Below are positions 12,641 to 25,068 of a DNA stretch of 64,000 nt, one piece after another. Position numbers and translations under genes: made by a program. The stretch's first letter is position 1. Each line of letters opens with the position of its first letter. A model generated the notes under the pieces. It searched no databases. It had not been told where the DNA came from and was given only the letters and a program-made list of their open reading frames with translations. This stretch comes from the human T2T-CHM13v2.0 reference genome, Homo sapiens, in the NCBI RefSeq assembly GCF_009914755.1, contig NC_060942.1. One strand, 5' to 3'.

Positions 12641-12929
12641 GTCTAAAGAGCACACAGAACTGAGACCAAGTTTCTCCCCACGGGATTTCAGTGGAAAAAC
12701 AAAAGGCTTCTAAACATTTGGAGGTCATTGACCTTGGCTTCCCCACATCTTTGATGCTCCTTCTCATATCATGTGCAAACTGATACTTTAGTAGGTCATT
12801 GGTGAAAAACAAATTTCTGAATTCAATGTGTATCTTTGTGAACAGACGAAAGTCAATGAAAAGTGGTAAAAAAAAACTACACCATAAATCTCCAACAAGC
12901 AACCCCATACGGACAAATTCATCTTGTCT
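12641..12929 (-). other. Candidate internal 5'UTR exon (289 nt)
   Basis: Acceptor ttttgctgttgtAG|A and donor GAC|GTAGGT on minus strand in unique sequence; no transcript evidence. Confidence 0.3.
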
Positions 12930-15630
12930 CTACAACAGCAAAACCATCCCACCATCAAAAAAATAATGTGTTTAGAACAGAACTTGGTATTTTCAGCCCT
13001 AGTAGAATGCATGTGCTCACAAACATCCTGTTTGGTGTTAAAGTTGTAATAGGTTCCTATTGAACCTCTCTCTGCAACTTCAATATACAGTTTGATTACA
13101 CCTTTAACACCAAACAGGGTATTTGCTGTTAAATAAGATATGTTTAAAATATTACCCTAGTTAACTCAGCCACTAAAACTTTTTTGAAAATACAATTATT
13201 ATGTGTTCTATTTTACAACACCACACTGTAATGATTTGTATCTACTGAACCCCTACTGTGTGATGTATGTATAATACAAGGACAACTCCACAAGAATGGG
13301 GCTCTTGACTATTAAGAGAGGTTGGGGTGGGGGCAGGGAAGGTGGGGGTTAGGATGAAGTTCAGAAGCAGTAGGCAGAAAAGAAGAAGAGCACATTTCAC
13401 TCTGATTAGTTTTTTGTGAACACAGTGCAACTTGTTCTGTTGAGTCCCTGGTACAGAGCACTCACTTCCATCCATATGCAGCCCAGTGAAGTCTAATGTA
13501 TGAAAATGGCTCTTTTCTTTTTTATGTTTTTTTTCTATTATTAATCCTTTTCCTTAGTCTTACTAACATTATACTTTTAGCCAGAGAAATAATTTTGTGG
13601 GTCAGACACTTTTTCCCATATCAACTCATTTCCAGATACAAAGTTAACTGCACCTTCCACAAAAAGCCATTCAGCCATTCATGATTCAGCTCAGCTGTTC
13701 CTTGAAGCATTATATAAGCAGGTCAGAGTCAGGCAGGAATGTGCCACTTGCGATATTCCAGCCAGGTCTAGTGGACTTTTATCTTTCTCTAGACTAACAG
13801 CTAATCAAATTTAACAAACACCCCCTTTCCTTATGCCAAATGGAGGTCAAGAGAAAGTGTTTTTAAGATATGTACTATACTTCAGCCATGTATTATTTTT
13901 TATTTATTTTAATGGGAGCCATCTAGATAAATCCTCTTGTTATGCTTTGAAAAGATTACCCAGAACCTCTTTGAATTCATCCAAATCCATGATGATGCGT
14001 AAAAGGAAAGGAAAATAATAAAATGAGATTCCAGGTAACACGGTAAACAGTGAAAGTACTGAGTTAATTCAGAAAAGCAATAGATTGTTATTAGATCAAT
14101 GTGATCAATTATCCAGAGATGAAAAACTATATTACCTGAGCTAACAATAACAATATTATTATTAAAGAATTCTTTAGTATTTTTCCATAGCAAAACCTGT
14201 GTAAAGTGATATTTCCATTTTTTCATGTCGAAATTGTGTTTCAACAACCCTGAGCTAAGAAAACAATCATGAAGTGTATGCTATGTTATCAAGTTTAAAA
14301 AAAAAAGGTTTTTAATCTATGACAATGCTTCAGGATTGTAGATTTGAAAGCTGAAGCAGCTGTAACTCTATCACAAAGATGAATAAACTATCATCCAGGG
14401 AAATTAAGTGACGATGAACCCACAATCTGGAAAATGACATTGCTGCTTACTTTTCCTGAAACACACTTAGTTATGTTCTAACTGTATACTACAGAGACCA
14501 ATGCTACACTTAAAGAAAAATACACGTGGAGTAACCTGAAAGGAAAGAGTATACTCATCTATTAAAGTACCAGACACAAAACAAAACGTCATGATACTTT
14601 TTCACTTAGTGAAAATATTTGGCAACTGGGTCACACATACACTTCAGCCATATTACTCACTGTTGCATTACCTAATTCTCTTCTATCTAAAATATGTTTT
14701 CAAAGGAAGCAAATAATAGCTAAGAATAGTACAAATTACTCATCCTTTATAATAATGTAGATGATGTTGTAACATGACAATATTCCCCAGGACTCATACA
14801 TTTTGTGAAAGAAAGTATCTACATCATCCGATCTTTTAAAAATATGCCATCTGACCTTTTTAAAAATAAGATCTATATATTTTTAGCTTTTGATATTCCA
14901 ATATCTAACTATTAGAGAAAAAGTAAGGAGTCTTTTGGGAAAGAACCCAGGTAAAGAGAAAAGGAAATCAAGGTACAAACCTTGGCGCCAAGGTTTTCTG
15001 TACTCTTAGGCCATCAAACTTTCCCCACCCATAGTCAGAGTAACCTTTCCCTATCTAATCTCTCCATATTACTCCTTTGCAATAAGATCCTTCAATGGTT
15101 CCCCATTGCCTATTTGATCAATTTTAAAATTTCTTGAGCTTACAAGTTGGTAACCCTTGTCTAAACATTTACATATGCCAGCTGGACCTCATGAGGCCAC
15201 AGGTGTCAATGGTCCAGAACCTCTATTGCCTCCAGACCTCAGGGAAGCAGGAGAACACATCACTCACTTCCCGGCAGTCCTAGTGACTCTCTGCTGGGTG
15301 CTGGCCACAATGGGTTTAGTAGCATCCTTTCAGATATTTGATGTTAGGCGTCACTGTAGTGGCCAAAATCGGAGCAAGTAAAAATTGCTTAGTCTAAGTG
15401 GCTCAGAGAGGATTCAGTTTTGCAAGCAGGGGAGAGATCTCCAGTGATCCCTAAACCCAGTTGGGAGAAATCTGACTATGGTTAGAATGACTATTTTGTG
15501 AGTGGTGACTGAGTCAAAGAAGTACAGTTTTATTAAAGTTATTAAGCTGTGTAGTTACTATAATTCAGGAAACATGGGTTACATTTGTATCCACTATGAA
15601 CTAAAGTGCTCTTTTAAAAACCAGATCAAA

Positions 15631-15969
<339 letters not shown>

Positions 15970-16439
15970 CTAATTATTTTGGTAATTAAATGATCAATGT
16001 AGATCACTTCAAGAATAAAAAGTATAAATTAATTTCTCATGGATTACTTTAGAATAAGCAAGGCTAAATATCTATGATAGTCATTACTTTTTCTGCTTGA
16101 ATGATACAGATACAGAGGAGGTAGATCAACAAAATATTAATTTCTACTTGATTTCAAAATGCAGAAACATTTTGCAGTAGGATTATCAGGTTTATCTTCC
16201 TAACTGCATTTTGCTTTGGTTACTTTTTTTTTTAAACATGAAAAAGGGCAAAAGAAAATTACATTTAAATATACTCAGGACTAAAATTTATTTTTTAAAT
16301 CATCAAAAAGTAAATAAACACAGTCAGGGCCAAGAAGGGCTTGAAACATAAATGTTGAGAGTAAAACGTGATCCATTAAATATGGACTTTCAGACTGAAT
16401 TAAATGTTAACAAGGTATGCATTATATGACAAAAAGATA

Positions 16440-16660
16440 CTGGTACACTTGTTTGGGCACTTACAATACGCTAGCCATTTTCTAAATATTATTTCTTGTT
16501 CTTACAACCACTCTGCTAGATGTGTATTACTAAGCTTGTTTTGCAGAAGAAATGAAGACTCAACAAACTTAGGTGACTTGTCGCCAGATAGCCAGCTAGT
16601 ACCTACTGGTACTGAAACTGCAGCAGGGTGAGTCTAGCAGTTGCTACGCATCCCAGTATG
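16440..16660 (-). mobile_element. MIR
   Basis: cttacaaccactctg...ttttgcagaagaaatgaagactca...ttaggtgacttgtc core. Confidence 0.65.
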
Positions 16661-17115
16661 CAGTGAGCTAAATAGTAAGGCAATCTTGCTCATTTTATAT
16701 TGTATCACCATGTTTATTCTGCTCTTTAGGGTTTGCAGGCTACATGTTTTTTTTAACATTTTCATTTTGTGCATATTATTCACAAAGCAACCTAAAAAAG
16801 GCACCCAACGTTCAAAGAGACAACTATTTTAGGCAGAATGCAAATATGTTTTAATTTGTAGCAGCAACTGCTTTTAAATTGGACCTCTAGCTTCACAAAA
16901 TGATCTTTGCTCCCACAGACTCCTGGTCTCCTTCTTTAGCTCTGCAGAATGCTGTGACTATTAGGGGGAAAGAAGTATGTTTTTTACTTAAAGGTGAATA
17001 TGAGTCTCTGATTAAACATTTGTTTGTATTTGAATTTGTTCCTGTGAACATTCCATGTTTGTTTTTATACTGAAGGAGTTACAGAGACAGAGAGATTTGT
17101 ATGGCATAATGCTGA

Positions 17116-17142
17116 TTTTTTTTTTTTTTTTTTTTTTTTTTT
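17116..17142. repeat. Poly(T)27 tract
   Basis: Direct reading. Confidence 0.95.
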
Positions 17143-17819
17143 AGCTATCAGACCAGTAACTAAAATATTCGGTCTCACTTTTTCACTCATAAACTACAGT
17201 CACGTAGCTGACGTCATTAAATTTTTTTCATCCTGTATGTGATGCAGGGAATTCTGTTATTTCTATTTGCCAGTGAGAAAGCTGAGGCCAAGAGAGGCTT
17301 AGTAAGCTGCAGATGAGCTGGGTATGGAACAGCATTTTGATATGAATCACACACGTGTGACCAAATGTTTGCACATAGTGGATAGCCAACATCTTTTCCA
17401 TTTTGTAACATATTTGTGTAAATTTTATAAATACCATGTGTCAAAATCCATACAACATAGATACAGCAGCTCTTAATCATTCAGAGCCATTCAATTTCTC
17501 ATAACTCAGGAGGTTTCAGTACCTAATTCTAACACTACGTGAAAGTATCTAATTCCTAACTATTCAAAACCTCGGTACTTGATCATGCCTGTTTATTTTT
17601 CTTTTTGCTCATTCCTAGTGAGCAATGGACTATTTACAACTATTTGAGGAGGGTGAATTTATCCTCTCAATTTGAAGGCTATTGTATATTCAATAGTCTG
17701 GAAGCATTTTCATTCCTGAAATATGGAAGCTGGTCATCTTCTTATAATAATTTATTTCTTCACCTGACCCCAAATATATAGTATACACATGAGGAATGAC
17801 ATGGCTTTATCTTTTCATT

Positions 17820-18103
<284 letters not shown>

Positions 18104-18173
18104 TGTTTTCATTTTTAATAAAAAAAAATGTATGAGACCATAAGAAATTGAATCTTCTAAAAGTATGAATAAA

Positions 18174-18460
18174 CTTTTTTTTTAAGAAAGGGTCTTGCTC
18201 TGTCACCCAGGCTGGAGTGCAGTGGCACACAATCATAGCTCACTGCAGCCTTCAGCTCCTGGGTTCAACTGTTCCTCCTGCCTCAGCCTCTCAAGAAGCT
18301 AGGACTACAGCCCTGTGCCAACATGCCTGGCTAATTTTTAATTTTTTGTGGAGACAACATCTCAATTTGTTGCCCAGGCTGGTCTTTGGCCTCAAATGAT
18401 CATCCCACCTCAGCCTCTGAAATTGTTGGGATTACAGGTGTGAGCCACGGTGTCTGGCCT
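18174..18460 (-). mobile_element. AluJo-like
   Basis: aatcatagctcactgcagcc J-type right arm. Confidence 0.92.
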
Positions 18461-18899
18461 CGCTCATGTATTTAGGAATGCATTCAGTACTTTATGGGCA
18501 TCTTGCCCAGCATATCTCATTTTTCCTTCAGCCCAATCACTATCAGCTAGACTCTCCACATTCTATTCTACTTTTGAAATCTCTGTCTAGCTCACATGAC
18601 TATAATCTCATCACTATAATGAAGAATGCCAATTTTACAGATTCTTCCAGCTACCAAGGCATAAATTATTCATGAAATTAGGCCAATGTGGGTAGAGGGT
18701 GGTTTTTGAAGTTTCCAGATAATTGCCTGTTTTTCCACTTTGTCTTGAAAGACCTCATCAAGGCCTGGCTACTTCTTCCTCATACTGACTTGACATGGGA
18801 TTGGAACAACATTCTTCTCTTCTTCTGTCATAAACTCTCCTCAGATGTCTCTAGACAGTCATCCTCTCAGTGACAAGTTACCGTGGAGCCCCCACTCCG

Positions 18900-19810
18900 G
18901 ACAAAACTTACTGGGGAATACAAAGGTGAATAGGATGAAGTCACAGCTCTCAATCAGTAAAACACACCAAAGAATAAATACATGAGAAGTGCCACGAGAG
19001 CAGAAGGAGCAAAGAGCTACAGAAGGAAAGATGAGAGAGAGAGATCTCTTCTGAGAATTATCGAGAAAAACATCACAAGGGAGGTGGTGTTTGAGTGCAG
19101 GATTTCAAGGTGAAGAAAGGGGAGGAAGGGCATTTCAGTTGAAAGAAATAGGGTGAGCGAAAGACAGAGAAATCAAACCTAAAGGCATGCATAGGAACTG
19201 GGGAGAGTTGCCATGGGTTTCCTGTTGGGGCCTCGGGAGATCTGAACACTTAGATACAGGAGAGCAAACACAGGGCTTTGAATACAAATCAAAAGGAGTT
19301 TTCACTCATACTTTAGGAAACAGAAGTGGCTTGAGGTTTGCAGCAGGGAGTGATACAACCAAAGGAGCACTGTAAAAGAACTGAACTGGAAGCAGAAGTT
19401 AGGAAGGCAGAATGAGAGTGAGCTGGGATAATTACCATAACAATCCAAGCAGGAGGTAGCAAGAGCCAGAGCCAGGACTGGTGGGGATCTGATAGAAAGG
19501 AAGTGGCAGTGGGAGTTACCACCACACCACGGGGACCCTGACGTTTCCGTGGTGTGTGTCTGTCAGGGAGCAACGTGAGAAGAGAAAGGTGTAAAAAAAT
19601 GAAGACCAGGTCTCCCACACAGGTGACTCAGGACATGGTGGTCCTACGGTAAGGGAGGAAAGTATGAAATTGATGAATGAAATTTTTAAACATATTCAGT
19701 TTGAGATGACTGGGGAATAACTGGGTAAAGTATCCCCTTGCCAGTTTCAAATGTGAGACTAGATTTCTAATGAAGGCTAAGAGTTAAAATAAAGATGTGG
19801 CAATAATGCA
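18900..19810 (-). mobile_element. L2 fragment
   Basis: Purine-rich antisense L2 motifs (gaggtggtgtttgag..., tttaaacatattcagtttgagatg). Confidence 0.65.
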
Positions 19811-22800
19811 TCCAGCCAACCAACACTCTTGGTTCTAGAAAACCAGTAGCTTGTTGCCAGAGCAGCTCACCTAAAAGCCAGGTCATATTCTAGGTGTTTG
19901 ATATGTTCTTCTGTTGACTTCTCACCATAAAGCATTCCTATCCCCATTTCACTGATGAGGATTTGGTGGCTCAGAGATCTTATACAATGAGCTGACTTCA
20001 GAAGGGAGGTGTCCAAGTTCTTATTCACCCTTGTTTTCCCACCACACAAAGAAATGGTAGCTTTCTCTCTCTTTTTATTTCAAAGTCCCCAATGTAAGTT
20101 CTACCATGCTTTTTTTTTTTTGTCCATTCATGTCTTTTCTCCATTCTGATCTTCATTTATGCTGCTTGACTGAAATCGCACCCAATCAGCCCCAATTATA
20201 TTCAGTGCCCTTCCCCTGTCTCGTCGCTGCTTTCAACTTGCTGCTCACTCTCTCATTATTTAGGATTCCAAGACAGTGTCCTTTTAGCTCCCACATCTGG
20301 CATTCTTCCCACAGTCCCACTGGAACATTGGTGCTTGCATTAGTTTTGGGCTAGGAGACCCTTAGCACTTCAGAATGCACACTAGACATCAATCAGCCCT
20401 GCTTTTTCACAAGACATCATCGTGACACCAAATCCTCCCAAATAAAAACCTCACATACTACTGAACTGCATGAAAACAAAACAAATTATTTTCATCTCTT
20501 CAGTGATCTGGTGGCTACTTTGAGTATTACATTCCAGTTTTCTCTACTCCCTGACAAAATGACCAATCATACACATTTTCTAATAGCCATATTTATTTTT
20601 TAATCTTTAATATAAATAGCGGGTTTCAATACCTTTTAAAATCTCTAGCCTCTTTAGCAGTTCTCCAATGAAAGTCATATTTCCTTACTAATTGTGCTTC
20701 TTGCTATTCTTGATTAACCAGCTCTGCACTGGAAAATTCTATGTTCCCATGTGCTAGGTCTCACACTTTGCTTCCAAGTAACTCAGATAACTCTGAAGTC
20801 ACAAATTAATTCTCACAGTGTGGTAGGTGAAAATTACTATTCTCCTTACAGATAAGGAAGTAGTTGCCCAGAGTGGACTGTGACTTATCTCACTTCCTGG
20901 ATCTTTTTAATAAACCATTCACAGCCAACTTCCCTCACTTAAAATCCTACAAAAATCTTGCCCTGCTTGAGTTTTTGCTTCTCCCTCCCTAATTCCTCAA
21001 GAGGAAAGCATGCCAATGTTCAGTGTATTGTGAGAATAGGTAATTTGGGATTGGAGGTAGCATGAAGAATCTGTGGCTCTTTGGCCTGGAGAAAAGAAGA
21101 AACAGAGAGAGATGGAAACTGCTCTTAAGTAGAAAAATGGTGGGTGTGTAGAAGAGAGAGAAGGCAGGGTGTTATAGCTCAGAAGGTGGAACTGGAAGGA
21201 AGGGAAAGCTATGCAGGCTGACCTTCCGCGGACTTCTCATTAGTCTGTTTACGCAGTGCTCCAGGAGAACTTTTCTTCAAATTCAGACCACAGGACCCAT
21301 CCTCTGTGAAGTTCCCTTGCTGTTGCTGTTCAAAGTGCGAGGTCACTTTGCTGAGATCCCTTAACTTTCTCATGTATCTACACAATAGCCTCAAAATCAT
21401 AACGCTTCCTTCCTTTTTGGCCTACCAACTAGGATGTGAGCTTCATATGGGCAGATGTGAACCATGGCATGTTCATCCCCGTGTTCCTAACATTTAAATA
21501 CAAAATTTCTCTAAAATGGAATCAAACACTTCTGAAAGTAGTGAGATCCCAGTTTCTCTAGGTATTCAACCAGAGACTGTTATAAAGGGACTTTAACCAT
21601 GCAACTCTACCACTCTGTAACTTCTAAATTTCCAATATCTTAAGTGCCTTCTTATTTGAAGTGATTTCACCAATCCCAAAGAGTTTAAAAACACAACTCA
21701 TGAGGACCAGTGTGCATGGTTTAATTCTATTTTTAAACTCTTTGGGATATATAGTTTAATATTCTGATTTTAATAATGATTGACCTAAAAATTATTAAAT
21801 GTATTTTCAGTGCAGTGTCTTTAATTATAAGCCCTGGTCTACACAAACATTTGTTGAACACCTACTAAATGCCAGACTCTGGGAATAAAAGAATGAGAAA
21901 GAGCCCTGCCCTCAATAACTTAACATTCCACTAAGAGCTGTATTTCCATTATTGGGATTGAGAGGTCATAGCCTAGCTGCAAACTCGGTTTTATACCTCT
22001 GCTCCTCAGTACTGAGAACGTTTTCCTAAGGTACTACACATTCTAAGAAGACTATTAACTAATGTTAATAGTTAACAAGAGAGGCTCTTTGACCCCTTGG
22101 TGTCACTAAGTCTGAACTGTAATTGATCCAACTGGGAACTGCCTATGGCCAGTAAGGGAAAGTGAAGACGGAGACTCCCAAGGTCATTTAAGAACCGACC
22201 TGAACTTGACTCTTTCCTTGTTCTAGATTATGTGTAACGATATGGGCACACTGGAGCCCACCCCGCTCCTACGCCGCAAAGCAGCACAATTACAGCCTGG
22301 GAGGGGCAAGTCTTGCGGGGCCCGTCGGTAACTGCCATTATTTGAATGCGATATAGGAGATCCCACATAGACCCTGCTCTACCGGGTTAGAATCTGTTTC
22401 TAATCACGTGGAATTTAGATTTAAACCACAGTTAGATTTGGGATTTACCATCGTTTCTACTTTCATTCATTTAGTGGCTTCCAGCCCTCTCGCGGCCCAG
22501 TCTTAATCCATCGCACTTCAGAGGGAATTACGAGGGAGTTGCGGACTGGCGGGGGCGGGGGTCTGTAACTAACACCAGGTGCCTGTGAGAGAGCCCCAAG
22601 GGCGGGGGCAGCACCTCCTGGCTGGGTTGGGTCCGCCTGGCCTCGCCTCGCCTCCGGGATCCTTGGCGCTCAGCGCCGCCCTCCCGCTACTGCGCTACCC
22701 GCCAGAGCCCGGCGTCTTCCCTTTCCTTGTCTTGTGGACGCCGCCCTTCGCTCCCGGGAGGATTTCGCCTCCAGCACCTCAGGCTTTTCTGGCGCAAAGG

Positions 22801-23574
22801 TCGCCAGCCCGAGCGAGCCCAGGCGGCGGCTTCACTTCTGCAGAGGGAAAGCGAAAGACGCGGCCGGCGGGCCGAGGGGGCGGCCGAACGCGCCGCGTGG
22901 TTGCTGCTCCCGAATCCGCAGCGGCGGCGCCAGGGCGGTCACCGAGCCCTGCGGACCCCGGCTCAACTTCCAGCGCCACTCGGGTGCCCCGAGCCCGCCG
23001 CAGCTCCCGGCGCGCCCTCCAGCCGCGGCACGCAGCCCCTGACGCGCCCGGGGCGCCCTCCCGCAGCACCAGCCAGGCCACCCCACCTCCCGCGCCGCGC
23101 TTCCCCGCCAGCCGCCGGCCAGGAGCTCCCCGGCTTCTGAGCAGGACGCGCCAAAGGGAGTTGGGAGGCTCAGCAGCCCCCAGCGTCGCCTTCTCGGGTG
23201 ACGTGACGCTCTCTCTGGAGCGCGGGCCCGCCTCCGCCAAGCCTCCACCGCAGGTCCTTACAGCCGAGCCACGGGAAGATGCAACGCCGGGCGAGGGGCG
23301 CCTCCCGGATTTTGAAAAACAGCCTCATTCGCCTCGGGAGCGCCTCGATCCCCCACCCGCACCCTTTGGCCAGATGATTTTAATCCTGGGATTCCGCGTT
23401 GGTCGTGGGGGTACCGGGAGCTGGAGCTGGAGGAGAGGAGCCGGCAGCGCGGAGTTGCCGGGGTGCAGCTGCGCGCAGCTGGCGGCGAGGGGAGGCGGTC
23501 CCTGCGGCTCCGCCGGGCTGGGGGAACTGGCTCCTGCGCCTCTGCCTCCCGGAGGATCGCACTCGCTCATCCTT

Positions 23575-23579
23575 ACACA

Positions 23580-23616
<37 letters not shown>
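23575..23616. repeat. (CA)n microsatellite inside the CpG island
   Basis: Direct reading. Confidence 0.97.
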
Positions 23617-23620
<4 letters not shown>

Positions 23621-23898
23621 CGCTAGCGCCCCCCACGCCACAAGCCGGAATGCGGAGGTCAGAGCCACTGTCCACTTGAAAGCAGGAAAGCAGGGGCTGA
23701 AACGCTGAGATGGAGGCGGAGGCTCTGGCCTCATCTGCGAGGTTCGCACCTTCCCGGAAGGCCCCCCCCTCCCCCGCGTTTCCCCAGGGCGAGCAAGGTC
23801 TAGCTTCTGAGACTCCGCTCTCTGGGCTAGCGGTTCGAGCTGCAGGGGGGCGGGGACGGATTCGGAGGGAGCACTAGAGAGAGAGCCCGCGCTCACTC

Positions 23899-24080
23899 CT
23901 GCCCTCCTCGCAAAGAACTGGCCAGCCCCACTCGCGTCCAGCCCACAACTAGGCTGCCGGGACCGGGGAGCCAGACCCCAGGTCGCTCCAACTCCGGCGA
24001 GGGCGGGGAGGGGAGTGACAGCAGCAACTAGCGCGCGCTGGCAAAAGCACAGAGTCTCGGAATAGGCTAAACGGCCGGCG
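23899..24080 (-). other. Candidate alternative non-coding first exon (5' end uncertain)
   Basis: Donor GGA|GTGAGC on minus strand (plus gctcactcc); GC boxes just upstream (24080-24110). Confidence 0.4.
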
Positions 24081-24544
24081 CGGAGGGGTGGAGGCAAGAG
24101 GGGGCGGAGGAGGAGTTGCCCGAGCGGAGAGGGATGACGTCCTCCAGGGCCTTGGGCTCCGAGGAACCGAAGACTGGTGCGCTCGCCGGGCCCCGCGCAC
24201 TAGCTCTGGGGTTCGCAGAGGCGCCGCGCCCGGCTTCCGCGGCAGCTCCAACACAGCGCGCAGGCGGTCGATCCCGGTCAGCTTAAACCGGGCGCAAGCC
24301 CTCTGTCCCCCTCAAAGCACCTCTCTGCTCGTCCCTAGTCTCCAGGTGCCCGTCTGAGAGTCCCTGTCGCCTCCGGGCGGACCCGGCCAGGCAGCCCCCG
24401 GTCGGGCCAGCCTCGCCCCTTCCTCGCTTTCTCCCCCATCGACCTCGAGCCAAGGGCAGGCGGCCCGCACCCGCGCCCCTGCCCACGGGGCTAGGCGGCG
24501 CTCCCGGCCTACGCCCGGCTGCCAAGAAGAGAAAGGCGCTCACC

Positions 24545-24960
24545 TGAGTCACCGAAGCCTTCCTTTGGGGCCCCTCCCGGAGCTTGTTCGCAGCCCGCAG
24601 GCACAACCTTCCTTGGAGAAAAAAAGTAGCGCAAGGGCAGAGAGAGGTAGGGCTGCTCACAGGTCCCTCCGCAGGGGCTCTTTCCTTCGAATTCTCCGAG
24701 GTCCAGTCTCGGGCTCGGCGGCGGGAAAGAGCTCCTGGAGGCTGGAAGGGGCCGCCAGACCCGGGCTCCTCCCGCAGCTGCGGTGGCGGCACCTCCAAGT
24801 TGCCACCTGCAGCGCGCTTCGGGCGCCTGTGACAGCCCGCGCCGCTCAGCCCTCGCCGGCCCGCCCTCCCCGTCCGCTCGTTGGCTGCGCCCGGTGCCCG
24901 GGCGGTCCCCGCGCTCTGCCCCGCCCTGAGCCCGCCTCCCAGCCGCGCGCTCGCAAAGTA
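24545..24960 (-). other. Candidate distal non-coding first exon of an unidentified minus-strand gene (TSS position uncertain)
   Basis: Strong donor CAG|GTGAGC on minus strand (GT at 24544-24543); minus-strand TATAAA at 24996-24991; GC boxes ~24860-24935. Confidence 0.55.
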
Positions 24961-24990
24961 TGGGTCTCCTTACAGGCCTCCTCCCTGGGC

Positions 24991-24996
24991 TTTATA
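24991..24996 (-). promoter_or_regulatory. TATA-like box TATAAA(G)
   Basis: Plus ctttatagcc = minus GGCTATAAAG at the edge of the CpG island. Confidence 0.4.
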
Positions 24997-25024
24997 GCCA
25001 GCGGGCTCTGCAAGCAGGGATAGA

Positions 25025-25027
<3 letters not shown>

Positions 25028-25067
<40 letters not shown>
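25028..25067. repeat. (CA)n microsatellite at the island edge
   Basis: Direct reading. Confidence 0.97.

Positions 25068-25068
<1 letters not shown>

Larger units (their letters stand above)
22250..25020. promoter_or_regulatory. CpG island promoter
   Basis: Abrupt very GC- and CpG-rich segment with many GGGCGG/CCGCCC boxes, in otherwise CpG-depleted AT-rich DNA. Confidence 0.95.

Noticed and set aside
22579-23679. 366-aa plus-strand ORF and other overlapping ORFs in the CpG island
   Set aside because: Non-ATG (GTG) start, low-complexity P/A/R/G composition, reads through a (CA)n repeat; long ORFs in all frames are expected in stop-poor GC-rich DNA
22250-25020. Assigning a gene name to this promoter
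   Set aside because: No coding exon is present and I could not match the UTR sequence to a gene from memory; needs BLAT
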